Assembly: GCA_051530055.1 (NCBI GenBank)
Contig: CM121342.1
Location: 6,199,489-6,263,488 of the forward strand
DNA length: 64,000 nucleotides
Source: Neoechinorhynchus agilis
Taxonomy: Eukaryota > Animalia > Acanthocephala
Reading direction: 5' to 3'
This document shows, piece by piece, positions 12,201-25,300 of the stretch. The position numbers and the translations under genes are program-made. The stretch's first letter is position 1, and each line of letters starts with the position of its first letter. The notes under the pieces were generated by a model. That model was not told where the DNA came from and did not search any database. It saw nothing but the letters and a program-made list of their open reading frames with translations.

Positions 12201-12394
12201 TTTTAGTCAATCCCTTTCTTGTCCGGCTTATTTATTTAGGCATAAAGCCAAACCAATTATACATCAGACGAGTGATATAACCACATAGTCTCTAATGCAT
12301 CCGGTAAAAGAGTTTGTACATTCCTCCGGATCCTCAGTTTCCTCCCTTCAGCGGCCTAAATAAATAATCCGAACAAGAAAGGGATTGACTAAAA
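12201..12394. mobile_element. Small MITE-like foldback, ~40-bp arms
   Basis: ttttagtcaatccctttcttgtccggcttatttatttagg (12201-12240) vs cctaaataaataatccgaacaagaaagggattgactaaaa (12355-12394). Confidence 0.6.
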
Positions 12395-12539
12395 TTGAAT
12401 GATCATAACATACCGGCTTGCCAGTAAAACTTAAAAAAAATAATCAGGCATTCGTTTAGAATCTTTTTCCCATGATGTAGAAAAGCGTCGTCAAAGTCGT
12501 TTACTGGTCAATTAAACTTGACAGGAGGCAGTTTCGATT

Positions 12540-12815
12540 TTGAGAATCGGTTCGTTCTCCGGTTCACTTCCGGACACGGTGGGACAATCGGTCTCGTTCC
12601 GTATGGAGCGCTTGGCAGCTCGGCACTCTGCTCCAGGATCTCTCGAAGAAATTGAGAGAGGCAACCGGAGACTCAAGAGCAGGTATCTCGCTGGCAGTAC
12701 AACGAGGCAATGCTGCCAGCGTGATGGCGACGGTCGAGGAAGGACAAAAGCAGGAATTCGGCGGGAGGTGGTGAGTGTGTTAATTGTCGAGAAATGAAGA
12801 TTGATTGAAATAAAA
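12540..12815 (+). mobile_element. 5'-truncated, frameshifted 3' end of a CRE-like non-LTR retrotransposon (restriction-like endonuclease C-terminus)
   Basis: Frame not in the ORF track, 12643-12774: SKKLREATGDSRAG-ISLAVQRGNAASVMATVEEGQKQEFGGRW*. Preceded after a frameshift by YGALGSSAL. Followed by short 3' UTR gattgattg and aaataaaa. Confidence 0.75.
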
Positions 12816-13149
12816 TATTTTCAGCATTTTTAAGATTTTAGAACAAAGCAAATTTGTCAGTCAAATCGACGAGCATTTTAAAAAGAAGACTAAAATAAAA
12901 TAATTAGCTCTAAAAAGTAAAAAAAAATGACTTTAAAAGGGAATATCACACCATAAAAAAAGAAACGTATTTATGTAACGGCAATTAAAACTATTCGCAA
13001 AGGATTTTTCTTTCGTATGTTATAAATTACAAATCGATACAGTCAAAAAGTATTTTGTAAACAAATCCTTTATCGCTTACTTGTACCTCCGCTCCTTTTT
13101 CCATGCTGTCCAATCTTCTCGGGTATCGAAATGAACCTGAGGAAACGAA

Positions 13150-16100
13150 TGATCTTCCTTCGATCGTTTTATTGATCGTCCTCAACTCTACCAACCCGAA
13201 GGATTTTCTTTCTTTTGATAATTTCTTTTAATTTAAGGATGTGGTGATCATAATTCCCCATTATAAAAAATATTTTATTGAAAAGAGAGACTTCGTGAGG
13301 AATAATCGCTTCATCCTTCATTGTTTGTTGTGTTTTTTGACGGAAAAGCCTACAAACAATGACTCTGATCAAGAGAAGCTTCAACGCGAAATCTCTCAAT
13401 AAAATATTTTCTATCCGACGGATTATGATCATCAATCATCCTCAACTCTATCATCCCGAAGGATTTTCTCTCTTGATGATTTCGTCTAGATTCACGATGT
13501 GGTAATCTTAATCCCCAAAATAGAAAATATCCCATTGAATCGAAAGATTTCGTGAAGAATAATCGCTTAATCCGTCATTGTTTGTTGTGTTTTTTGACGG
13601 AAAAGCCTACAAACAATGACTCTGATCAAGAGAAGCTTCAACGCGAAATCTCTCAATAAAATATTTTCTATCCGACGGATTATGATCATCAATCATCCTC
13701 AACTCTATAATCTCGAAGGATTTTCTCTCTTGATGATTTCGTCTAAATTCACGATGTGGTAATCTTAATCCCCAGAATAGAAAATATTTTATTGAATAGA
13801 GAGATTTCGTGAAGAATAATCGCTTATCCGTCATTGTTTGTTGTGTTTTTTGACGGAAAAGCCTACAAACAATGACTCTGATCAAGAGAAGCTTCAACGC
13901 GAAATCTCTCAATAAAATATTTTCTATCCAGCGGATTATGATCACCACTCATCCTCAACTTTATAATCTCGAAGGATTTTCTCTCTTGATGATTTCGTCT
14001 AAATTCACGATGTGGTAATCTTAATCCCAAAATAGAAAATATTTTATTGAATAGAGAGATTTCGTGAAGAATAATCGCTTCATCCGTCATTGTTTGTTGT
14101 GTTTTTTGACGGAAAAGCCTACAAACAATGACTCTGATCAAGAGAAGCTTCAACGCGAAATCTCTCAATAAAATATTTTCTATCCAGCGGATTATGATCA
14201 CCACTCATCCTCAACTTTATAATCTCGAAGGATTTTCTCTCTTGATGATTTCGTCTAAATTCACGATGTGGTAATCTTAATCCCCAGAATAGAAAATATT
14301 TTATTGAATAGAGAGACTTCGTGAAGAATAATCGCTTCATCCGTCATTGTTTGTTGTGTTTTTTGACGGAAAAGCCTACAAACAATGACTCTGATCAAGA
14401 GAAGCTTCAACGCGAAATCTCTCAATAAAATATTTTCTATCCAGCGGATTATGATCACCACTCATCCTCAACTTTATAATCTCGAAGGATTTTCTCTCTT
14501 GATGATTTCGTCTAAATTCACGATGTGGTAATCTTAATCCCCAGAATAGAAAATATTTTATTGAATAGAGAGATTTCGTGAAGAATAATCGCTTCATCCG
14601 TCATTGTTTGTTGTGTTTTTTGACGGAAAAGCCTACAAACAATGACTCTGATCAAGAGAAGCTTCAACGCGAAATCTCTCAATAAAATATTTTCTATCCA
14701 GCGGATTATGATCACCACTCATCCTCAACTTTATAATCTCGAAGGATTTTCTCTCTTGATGATTTCGTTTAAATTCAGGATGTGGTAATCTTAATCCCCA
14801 GAATAGAAAATATTTTATTGAATAGAGAGATTTCGTGAAGAATAATCGCTTCATCCGTCATTGTTTGTTGTGTTTTTTGACGGAAAAGCCTACAAACAAT
14901 GACTCTGATCAAGAGAAGCTTCAACGCGAAATCTCTCAATAAAATATTTTCTATCCTGCGGATTATGATCACCACTCATCCTCAACTTTATAATCTCGAA
15001 GGATTTTCTCTCTTGATGATTTCGTCTAAATTCACGATGTGGTAATCTTAATCCCCAGAATAGAAAATATTTTATTGAATAGAGAGATTTCGTGAAGAAT
15101 AATCGCTTCATCCGTCATTGTTTGTTGTGTTTTTTGACGGAAAAGCCTACAAACAATGACTCTGATCAAGAGAAGCTTCAACGCGAAATCTCTCAATAAA
15201 ATATTTTCTATCCAGCGGATTATGATCACCACTCATCCTCAACTTTATAATCTCGAAGGATTTTCTCTCTTGATGATTTCGTCTAAATTCACGATGTGGT
15301 AATCTTAATCCCCAGAATAGAAAATATTTTATTGAATAGAGAGATTTCGTGAAGAATAATCGCTTCATCCGTCATTGTTTGTTGTGTTTTTTGACGGAAA
15401 AGCCTACAAACAATGACTCTGATCAGGAGAAGCTACAACGCGAAATCTCTCAATAAAATATTTTCTATCCAGCGGATTATGATCACCACTCATCCTCAAC
15501 TTTATAATCTCGAAGGATTTTCTCTCTTGATGATTTCGTGTTTCAGGATGTGGTAATCTTAATCCCCAGGATAGAAAATATTTTATTGAATAGAGAGATT
15601 TCGTGAAGAATAATCGCTTCATCCGTCATTGTTTGTTGTGTTTTTTGACGGAAAAGCCTACAAACAATGACTCTGATCAAGAGAAGCTCCAACGCGAAAT
15701 CTCTCAATAAAATATTTTCTATCCTGCGGATTATGATCACCACTCATCCTCAACTTTATAATCTCGAAGGATTTTCTCTCTTGATGATTTCGTCTAAATT
15801 CACGATGTGGTAATCTTCCCCAGAATAGAAAATATTTTATTGAATAGAGACTTCGTGAAGAATAATCGCTTCATCCGTCATTGTTTGTTGTGTTTTTTGA
15901 CGGAAAAGCCTACAAACAATGACTCTGATCAAGAGAAGCTTCAACGCGAAATCTCTCAATAAAATATTTTCTATCCTGCGGATTATGATCACCACTCATC
16001 CTCAACTTTATAATCTCGAAGGATTTTCTCTCTTGATGATTTCGTCTAAATTCACGATGTGGTAATCTTAATCCCCAGAATAGAAAATATTTTATTGAAT

Positions 16101-17190
16101 AGAGAGACTTCGTGAAGAATAATCGCTTCGTCCGTCATTGTTTGTTGTGTTTTTTGACGGAAAAGCCTACAAACAATGACTCTGATCAGGAGAAGCTCCA
16201 AAGCGAAATCTCTCAATAAAATATTTTCTATCCTGCGGATTATGATCACCACACATCCTCAACTCTATCATCCCGAAGGATTTTCTCTCTTGATGATTTC
16301 GTCTAAATTCAGGATGTGGTAATCTTAATCCCCAGAATAGAAAATATCCCATTGAATCGAGAGACTTCGTGAAGAATAATCGCTTCGTCCTTCATTGTTT
16401 GTTGTGTTTTTTGACGGAAAATCCTACAAACAATTACTCTGATCAAGAGAAGCTTCAACGCGAAATCTCCCAATAAAATATTTTCTATCCAGCGGATTAT
16501 GATCACCACTCATCCTCAACTTTATAATCTCGAAGGATTTTCTCTCTTGATGATTTCGTCTAAATTCACGATGTGGTAATCTTAATCCCAGGATAGAAAA
16601 TATTTTATTGAATAGAGAGATTTCGTGAAGAATAATCGCTTCGCCCGTCATTGTTTGTTGGGTTTTTTGACGAAAAAGCCTACAAACAATGACTCTGATC
16701 AGGGAAAGCTTCAACGCGAAATCTCTCAATAAAATATTTTCTATCCGGCGGATTATGATCACCACAAATCCTCAACTTTATCATCCCGAAGGATTTTCTC
16801 GCTTGATGATTTTGTTTAAATTCAGGATGTGGTAATCTTAATCCCCAGAATAGAAAATATTTTATTGAATAGAGAGATTTCGTGATGAATAATCGCTTCA
16901 TCCTTCATTGTTTGTTGGCTTTTTTGACGGAAAACCCTACAAACAATGACTCTGATCAAGAGAAGCTTCAACGCGAAATCTCTCAATAAAATATTTTCAA
17001 TCCGGCGGATTATGATCACCACTCATCTCCAATTCTATCATCCCAAACAATTTTCTCTCTTGATAATTTCGTTTAAATTCAGGATATGGTAATCATAATC
17101 CCCAGGATAGAAAATATCTTACTGTTTTTTCTCACGAAATCGCTCGATTCAATAAACCATTTTCTATCCTGGCGATTATGATTGTCACAT
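13150..17190. repeat. Satellite array A, ~257-bp unit with internal inverted repeat, ~15-16 copies
   Basis: tggtaatcttaatcccc..gaaaatattttattgaatagagagatttcgtgaag ... cttcaacgcgaaatctctcaataaaatattttctatcc..ggattatgatcacca repeated at a 257-bp period. Confidence 0.97.
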
Positions 17191-17416
17191 TTCGATTCCT
17201 AAGAACGTTTCCCAATGCCCTGATCGATCTTCTGTACCCTTATGGAGAGTGCAATCAATTGGACCATTGAAAAAAATCGGGAAATGGATCGTTGTGTCCG
17301 ACCCAAACATTTTTTATTCATCGTAAATCATACAGATTTCCGTCCGCCCTTCAGCCATTTTTGCGAACGAATTACTATTGTTGGTTGGTCAAAATTTACG
17401 GCTGTGTCATGTACAA

Positions 17417-18403
17417 TTAGTGAAATTGAACTCCTTTTACAAACGGAATTCCCGACCAAGGGACTTGTCTTTTGTATTGACCATAATTTGCACCATGCAA
17501 GAGGAAAAGAGTCATTTCTTCGTATTGGATCCGATCACTGAAAAACCTCCAGCTGATAATCGAATGTAAAATGAGACAAAAAGGATTACAGCACATTAGT
17601 TGCATTCCGAATTGCCAGATAAGCCATCCAAGGTACGACGGATGCCGACATACTAAATATATTCCTGATCGAGCAAGAGGGGCTACTGGTTTGGATTTTG
17701 AACACGGTTGATCGTAGTTTGGATTACGGATTACATGCGTGAACCCTTGTTTGGCGGTTGCGATTGCTGCTTTTCTTAGCATCTCTCCTGATATGACAAA
17801 GCCTAATCCTGTTAGAATACACACTTGTGGCACTATAAAATCAAATGATTTCATTTTTGATGAAACGAACCAGATTTCAATCAAGTACTCAATGAGGGCA
17901 ACAATGACGCCTAACCAATAATCCGATGCTTCGTAAACTACTGGACTTTTTTGTTTCAAGAAATACTCTCCTTTTTTCCGAGAAAAAAGTCGTCAGTCTT
18001 AAAGGTCCAAAAGAAATGATTTACTTGATAGAGACGAGGTACTAAACATGGCGATTGAACAATATTCTGATAAGTGAAATATGGCGATTGAGATCAAATA
18101 AAGACCCAATCCGATTGTGTATGAACTATGTTTGACGAAAACGAAGCCGAAAGCTGCCAATAATCCAATAGTCACGCATTGTTTCCAAATCGATTGTGTT
18201 CGTTTGTCCATGAATAGGCGGAATAGGACGAAGATTTGTGCCGATTCGATTAAAGTTGCGATTACGAGCTGTTTTATTAGTCGGACCAAGGAGAACTTTA
18301 ATGAAGTATCGACGATGAAGTAAAATGGGAGAAACGCCATGATAGATACAACGAACACTTGAAAAAGGTGAATATTAACGTTTGTTTGTTCTGTTGATCG
18401 CAT
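17417..18403 (-). CDS. ICMT: Protein-S-isoprenylcysteine O-methyltransferase, two exons
   Basis: FHLSEY, KSFLL, GEMLRKAAIATA..FTHVI, GIY..CRHPSYLGW..W..G.Q...CNP, WRFFSDRI.YEE, Y..YK..V..GIPFVKG. Exon 1 18403-18005, exon 2 17932-17417 (junction inferred from homology). Confidence 0.93.
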
Positions 18404-18880
18404 CTCAAAAAGGTTCAATAGTATTAAACTTAGCATTTTTTGGACGTAATTACAAAAATGGAGCCTTAAAAATAGTTGCGAGAATGGTTATTGTAAATTT
18501 GAATAAAAAATGAACATCGCATATTTTAACGAATCCTTGAATTAAAGCTTAACAAATGAACTTTAGTAAGTCCTTAAGAGAAGCGTTAGGTCGATTTTTG
18601 AACTTTTTAAAGGGAAAAAAGCGTGAGGATTAACGTTTGTTCCGTAGATCGCATCTCAAAAAGGTTCGATAGTATTAAACTTAGCATTTTTTGGACGTAA
18701 TTACAAAAATGGAGCCTTAAAAATAGTTGCGAGAATGGTTATTGTAAATTTAAATAAAAAATGATCATCGCATATTTTAACGAATCCTTGAATTAAAGCT
18801 TAACAAATGAACTTTAGTAAGTCCTTAAGAGAAGCGTTAGGTCGATTTTTGAACTTTTTAAAGGGAAAAAAGCGTGAGGA
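18376..18880. repeat. Tandem duplication, ~253-bp unit x2, containing the ICMT start codon and upstream region
   Basis: ttaacgtttgtt..gatcgcatctcaaaaaggttc..gcgtgagga at ~18376 and ~18630. Confidence 0.9.
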
Positions 18881-19412
18881 CACTAAAGTCAAACCCATCG
18901 CCTATCGTGAATGTTATTTTTGCGAAATCTAAGAAGCATTCGGTTTCTTCGATTTTAATTATTTTCAAAGAAATAACGAGAACTCAACATGAATCCGTAT
19001 ACTCATAAGAGATGTGCAATGCTCTATGCATGTAGCGATAAAAAATAACACGAGAGCTTTTGAGGTCTAGACGGCACGTTCAGAAACTTCTAATCTAAGA
19101 AAACAATACTCGAGAGCGCTAACTGCGATTCGAATTGATGGAAACACTTTGGAACTGCCATGTAGACGGCAATTGAGACAGAAACGATACAGAAAAATAG
19201 ATTTTTTTCGTCTGGCATCATTTGTAATAAACGACAAAATAGTTATCTTGGGATGTTGAAAGTGTCTCGTTTTTTTGTGTACTAAATATGCAATCGTAAA
19301 GTCAATGAGAAAACAACAATGGAATAGTCATAAAATCTCATTCATTTATGCATTGACGCAATTTTATTTTCCACAATAGACAATTGCAACAACCAAGGAA
19401 AAAGAGAGAGAG

Positions 19413-20175
19413 CTAAGGTCTTATTGCCGAGATTCTTAACTTTAAAATAAGAAGATCAGATTTTAAGCATTGAGAACAACTTTCCGATTCGAACAATTCA
19501 CTAGTGCGATTATATAAAAACTTCATTGCCTTTTGGAATTGAATTCCATAAGTTTGCAGCATTACCTGAGAACACGTCGTTACGAATGTATCCAAAAAAC
19601 CAACGACATTTTGAATTCCGAGTTTAGTAGGTGGTTCGTTAAGGCTATTGATTGCAAGTGCCATCCATTCCCATAGGTCACCTTCATTGAACACCAAATC
19701 AGTAACGATCGTAGCCTGAGATTCAGTGGACAGTTTTGTTGTTAAAACAAAATAGAATTTCAAAATGGCTATATAATCTTGTTCTTGCTTCGTTTCCATG
19801 AACTCACCCTTGATTGCTGGACATGCAATCAGAATCTCTTCACTTAGGATTCGTGCAAAGTCTTTTGAGATCTCACTTGGTTCCATCAATAAAAGTGAAA
19901 ATTTCGAAAATATATACATTATCTGTCCATTGTTCGTTGATTGAGTTGATTCAACCAAATCTCCTGCACACCACCAAACTGTTTTAACGATGTGTCTTGC
20001 GATCAGACGAATTACCTAAACAAAAAATGAAGAGTATTTAATCGCGATTTCAAAAGGTTACAAGAAGAAATAATTTCCGAGGTTGGTCTTTCTTTAAAGC
20101 TGTTAGTCGTGATAAAACCTCCAGTTTGACATCGTTGACACTATCGTCGTTCATTGTGTTAAGTTTGAACCTCAT
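19413..20175 (-). CDS. GLE1: mRNA export factor GLE1-like (C-terminal GLE1 domain)
   Basis: IARHIVK, ILSEEILIACP, LWEWMALAINSLNEPP..FLDTFV..MLQTYGIQFQKAMKFL resemble GLE1. Canonical 46-nt intron at 20061-20016. True start may be further upstream. Confidence 0.7.
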
Positions 20176-20572
20176 TGCGTTTAAATCGACGATAAAGCAC
20201 AAAATCACTAAGGCGAAATCGACGATGTTACATTGTCTACAACTCTGGGATCCGGTATTGAACTCACTGATATCTCGTCTACTGCTCTGACCACATCAGT
20301 ATTTATCGTCAAATAGAAATTTTCCATATTCATCATCTAAAAAGTTTAATAAATCAGAAAAACTAGAAATGGATGGGACGAGGAACAACAAAATAACTTT
20401 TTTTCAACTAGATTAACTTTTAAAAGAGCAGAAATATTCTATAATAATAACACGTTTTATTTGTTGATTCACAAAGAAAAAGTCCTCATAAACACTAGAG
20501 TTCTGATTTGGTAAATGAAAGTGGTTATTGATTTTGGAATGTGGATTAGGAATATGTCCGGTAGTGGACGAA

Positions 20573-20773
20573 TTAGCGGATATCGTTTGCAGGAGCGCTT
20601 TTAGGTTGGTCATTCCTCAGAATCATTTCAGGTTTACACCACCGCCTCTCTGGATCTCTAAGATGTCGTCGTGGTGTAACGGTCGAATCGACAAATGTAG
20701 CGTTTTCTTACCGCTGAAGAGTCGGGCTTATGTTTTGTAGAAAAAATGCTCCAGATATCGGATCGCCAGTCAT
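20573..20773 (-). CDS. Hypothetical 49-aa spliced ORF
   Basis: ATG 20773, strong GTAAG donor 20711, TTAG acceptor 20658 (54 nt), in-frame join, stop 20573; no recognisable homology. Confidence 0.25.
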
Positions 20774-20823
20774 GAACTCTTCATGTTTATTTCGGAAAAT
20801 TTAAAACAAAATTTATTGTAATA

Positions 20824-21570
20824 GCGCGAATCACTGCTTGATTTTCCAGGCGAATGTCTTAATTTGACATTTGTACGACCTAAGAGTTTATTTGTTTAGC
20901 TTTCGTCGTTTTACGGCTAAAACTAAACAATTGATCGCAGGTTTTTAAAGAAATTGCTCAGTTGAAGCTCAAAGCTATGAAAATAAACTTTAAGCCGTAC
21001 AAATGTCAAATTAAATTATTTAAAATCTAAAAAGAACCGCGGCAATTAAAGATTAATATAAAATAGAGCTTCGAAGCTATTTTAAAAAAAGGGAGAGATG
21101 AACCACAAAGAATAAATACTCAAAATATTATGTGAATAATGGCGCGAATCACTGCTTGATTTTCCAGGCGAATGTCTTAATTTGACATTTGTACGACCTA
21201 AGAGTTTATTTGTTTAGCTTTCGTCGTTTTACGGCTTAAACTAAACAATTGATTGTAAGTTTTTAAAGCAATTGCTCAGTTCAAGCTGTTCTACGGCCAA
21301 AGCTATGAAAATAAACTTTAAGCCGTACAAATGTCAAATTAAATTATTTAAAATTTAAAAAAACCCGCTGCAATTAAAGATTAATATAAAATAGAGCTTC
21401 GAAGCTATTTTAAAAAAAGGGAGAGATGAACCACAAAGAATAAATACTCAAAATATTATGTGAATAATGGCGCGAATCACTGCTTGATTTTCCAGGCGAA
21501 TGTCTTAATTTGACATTTGTACGACCTAAGAGTTTATTTGTTTAGCTTTCGTCGTTTTACGGCTTGTTAT
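20824..21570. repeat. Tandem array, ~320-330-bp unit, ~2.3 copies
   Basis: gcgcgaatcactgcttgattttccaggcgaatg at ~20824, ~21140, ~21470. Confidence 0.9.
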
Positions 21571-22309
21571 ACGGCCAAAGCTCAAAGCTACGAAAATAAA
21601 TAAACTAATTAAATTATCTAAAATTAAAAACAAAATTTTTATTTGTTGTTGTGCTTCGTCCCGAAAACAATCGGAACCAATAAATCCTTTTAATTTTGCC
21701 AAAAACCAAAAAAGGAACTATGAAAAACGGATTTGTTTGTTTTCGAAACAACACGACGAAGAGAATTACAAGATATTTTGATAAACATTATAAATCTGTA
21801 GTATCTTCGAAATTTCAAGAATCTTTGAGTTACAAAACAATATTTCATAAAGAAAATAAAAGTATTGGTTTATAATTCTTGTTTTTGAACAATTGAATAT
21901 AATGAGGCACTTTTATCTACTGATTTTTATCGTCGCGATTGATTTCTAAATCAAATTCACCCTCGTCTTCGACTAGTCTTGAACTAATTGCGAACAAGTC
22001 TTCTTAAATTGTAGAACGATTACGGTAAAAAAAGTAATCGATATTTGTTAATAACTTTCGCCATCTAAATTGACACTGCGATCAAAAAAAGTTCCTTCAA
22101 CTCTTTCCCTAGAATAAAACAAACTTTTGGCTCGAGAATTGTCATTATTAGTCACGCAATTCGCCACGAATGCATTCAACAGAAATATTTCTTAAATTCG
22201 ACAATTTTTGAGATAAAATCCAAACCGAAGAAAAAATACTCACTGCCCACTCATAGAATCGTTTTAAAAAATGGACCCTTGAAAAAGTGATGGTTAACTA
22301 CTGTTCTTC

Positions 22310-25300
22310 CGTCTAAATTCACGATGTGGTAATCTTAATCCCCAGAATAGAAAATATTTTATTGAATAGAGAGATTTCGTGAAGAATAATCGCTTAATCC
22401 GTCATTGTTTGTTGTGTTTTTTGACGGAAAAGCCTACAAGCAATGACTCTGATCAGGAGAAGCTTCAACGCGAAATCTCTCAATAAAATATTTTCTATCC
22501 TACGAGATTATGATCACCACTCATCCTCAACTTTATAATCTCGAAGGATTTTCTCGCTTGATTATTTCTTTGTGTTTAAGGATGCGGCAATCTTAATCCC
22601 AGAATAGAAAATTTTATTGAATATAGAGATTTCGTGAAGAATTAATCGCTTCATCCGTCATTGTTTGTTGTGTTTTTTGACGGAAAACCCTACAAACAAT
22701 GACTCTGATCAGAAAACTTCAACGCGAAATCTCTCAATAAAATATTTTCTATCCAGCGGATTATGATCACCACTCATCCTCAACTTTATAATCTCGAAGG
22801 ATTTTCTCGCTTGATTATTTCTTTGTGTTTAAGGATGCGGCAATCTTAATCCCCAGAATAGAAAATATTTTATCGAATAGAGAGATTTCGTGAAGAATAA
22901 TCGCTTCATCCGTCATTGTTTGTTGTGTTTTTTGACGAAAAAGCCTACAAACAATGACTCTGATCAGGAGAAGCTACAACGCGAAATCTCTCAATAAAAT
23001 ATTTTCTATCCAGCGGATTATGATCACCACTCATCCTCAACTTTATAATCTCGAAGGATTTTCTCTCTTGATGATTTCGTCTAAATTCACGATGTGGTAA
23101 TCTTAATCCCCAGAATAGAAAATATTTTATTGAATAGAGAGATTTCGTGAAGAATAATCGCTTCGCCCGTCATTGTTTGTTGTTTTTTGACGGAAAATCC
23201 TACAAACAATGACTCTGATCAGGAGAAGCTACAACGCGAAATCTCTCAATAAAATATTTTCTATCCTGCGGATTATGATCACCACTCATGCTCAACTTTA
23301 TAATCTCGGAGGATTTTCTCTCTTGATGATTTCGTCTTAATTCACGATGTGGTAATCTTAATCCCCAGAATAGAAAATATTTTATTGAATAGAGAGACTT
23401 CGTGAAGAATAATCGCTTCGTCCGTCATTGTTTGTTGTGTTTTTTGACGGAAAAGCCTACAAACAATGACTCTGATCAAGAGAAGCTTCAACGCGAAATC
23501 TCTCAGTAAAATATTTTCTATCCAGCGGATTATGATCACCACACATCCTCAACTTGATCATCCCGAAGGATTTTCTCTCTTGATAATTTCTTTTAGTTTA
23601 AGGATGCGGCAATCTTAATCCCAAGAATAGAAAATATTTTATTGAATAGAGAGATTTCGTGAAGAATAATCGCTTCATCCGTCATTGTTTGTTGTGTTTT
23701 TTGACGGAAAAGCCTACAAACAATGACTCTGATCAAGAGAAGCTTCAACGCGAAATCTCTCAGTAAAATATTTTCTATCCAGCGGATTATGATCACCACA
23801 CATCCTCAACTTGATCATCCCGAAGGATTTTCTCTCTTGATAATTTCTTTTAGTTTAAGGATGCGGCAATCTTAATCCCAAGAATAGAAAATATTTTATT
23901 GAATAGAGAGATTTCGTGAAGAATAATCGCTTCGCCCGTCATTGTTTGTTGTGTTTTTTGACGGAAAATCCTACAAACAATGATCAAGAGAAGCTTCAAC
24001 GCGAAATCTCTCAATAAAATATTTTCTATCCGGCGGATTATGATCACCACTCATCCTCAACTTTATAATCTCGAAGGATTTTCTGTCTTGATGATTTCGT
24101 CTAAATTCACGATGTGGTAATCTTAATCCCCAGAATGGAAAATATTTTATTGAATAGAGAGATTTCGTGAAGAATAATCGCTTCGTCCTTCATTGTTTGT
24201 TGTGTTTTTTGACGCAAAAGCCTACAAACAATGACTCTGATCAAGAGAAGCTCCAAAGCGAAATCTCTCAGTAAAATATTTTCTATCCTGCGGATTATGA
24301 TCACCACTCATGCTCAACTGTATAATCTCGAAGGATTTTCTCTCTTGATGATTTCGTCTAAATTCACGATGTGGTAATCTTAATCCCCAGAATAGAAAAT
24401 ATTTTATTGAATAGAGAGACTTCGTGAAGAATAATCGCTTCGTCCGTCATTGTTTGTTGTGTTTTTTGACGGAAAAGCCAACAAGCAATGACTCTGATCA
24501 AGAGAAGCTTCAACGCGAAATCTCCCAATAAAATATTTTCTATCCTGCGGATTATGATCACCACTCATCCTCAACTTTATAATCTCGAAGGATTTTCTCG
24601 CTTGATTATTTCGTCTAAATTCACGATGTGGTAATCTTAATCCCCAGAATGAAAATATTTTATTGAATAAGAGATTTCGTGAAGAATAATCGCTTCGCCC
24701 GTCATTGTTTGTTGTGTTTTTTGACGAAAAATCCTACAAACAATGACTCTGATCAAGAAAAGCTTCAACGCGAAATCTACCAATAAAATATTTTCTATCG
24801 TGCGGATTATGATCACCACTCATCCTCAACTTTATAATCTCGAAGGATTTTCTCTCTTGATGATTTCGTCTTAATTCACGATGTGGTAATCTTAATCCCC
24901 AGAATAGAAAATATTTTATTGAATAGAGACGTGAAGAATAATCGCTTCGCCCGTCATTGTTTGTTGTGTTTTTTGACGCAAAAGCCTACAAAACGAAATG
25001 ACTCCGATCAAGAGAAGCTCCAGCGCGAAATCTCTCAATAAAATATTTTCTATCCAGCGGATTATGATCACCACTCATCCTCAACTTTATAATCTCGAAG
25101 GATTTTCTCTCTTGATGATTTTGTTTAAATTCATGATGTGGTAATCTTAATCCCCAAAATAGAAAATATCCCATTGAATCGAAAGATTTCGTGAAGAATA
25201 ATCGCTTCGCCCGTCATTGTTTGTTGTGTTTTTTGACGGAAAACCCTACAAACAATGACTCTGATCAGGAGAAGCTCCAAAGCGAAATCTCTCAATAAAA

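Noticed and set aside
21713-22290. Short plus-strand ORFs as upstream exons of the 29528 gene
   Set aside because: No convincing homology or consistent splice path could be established by eye.
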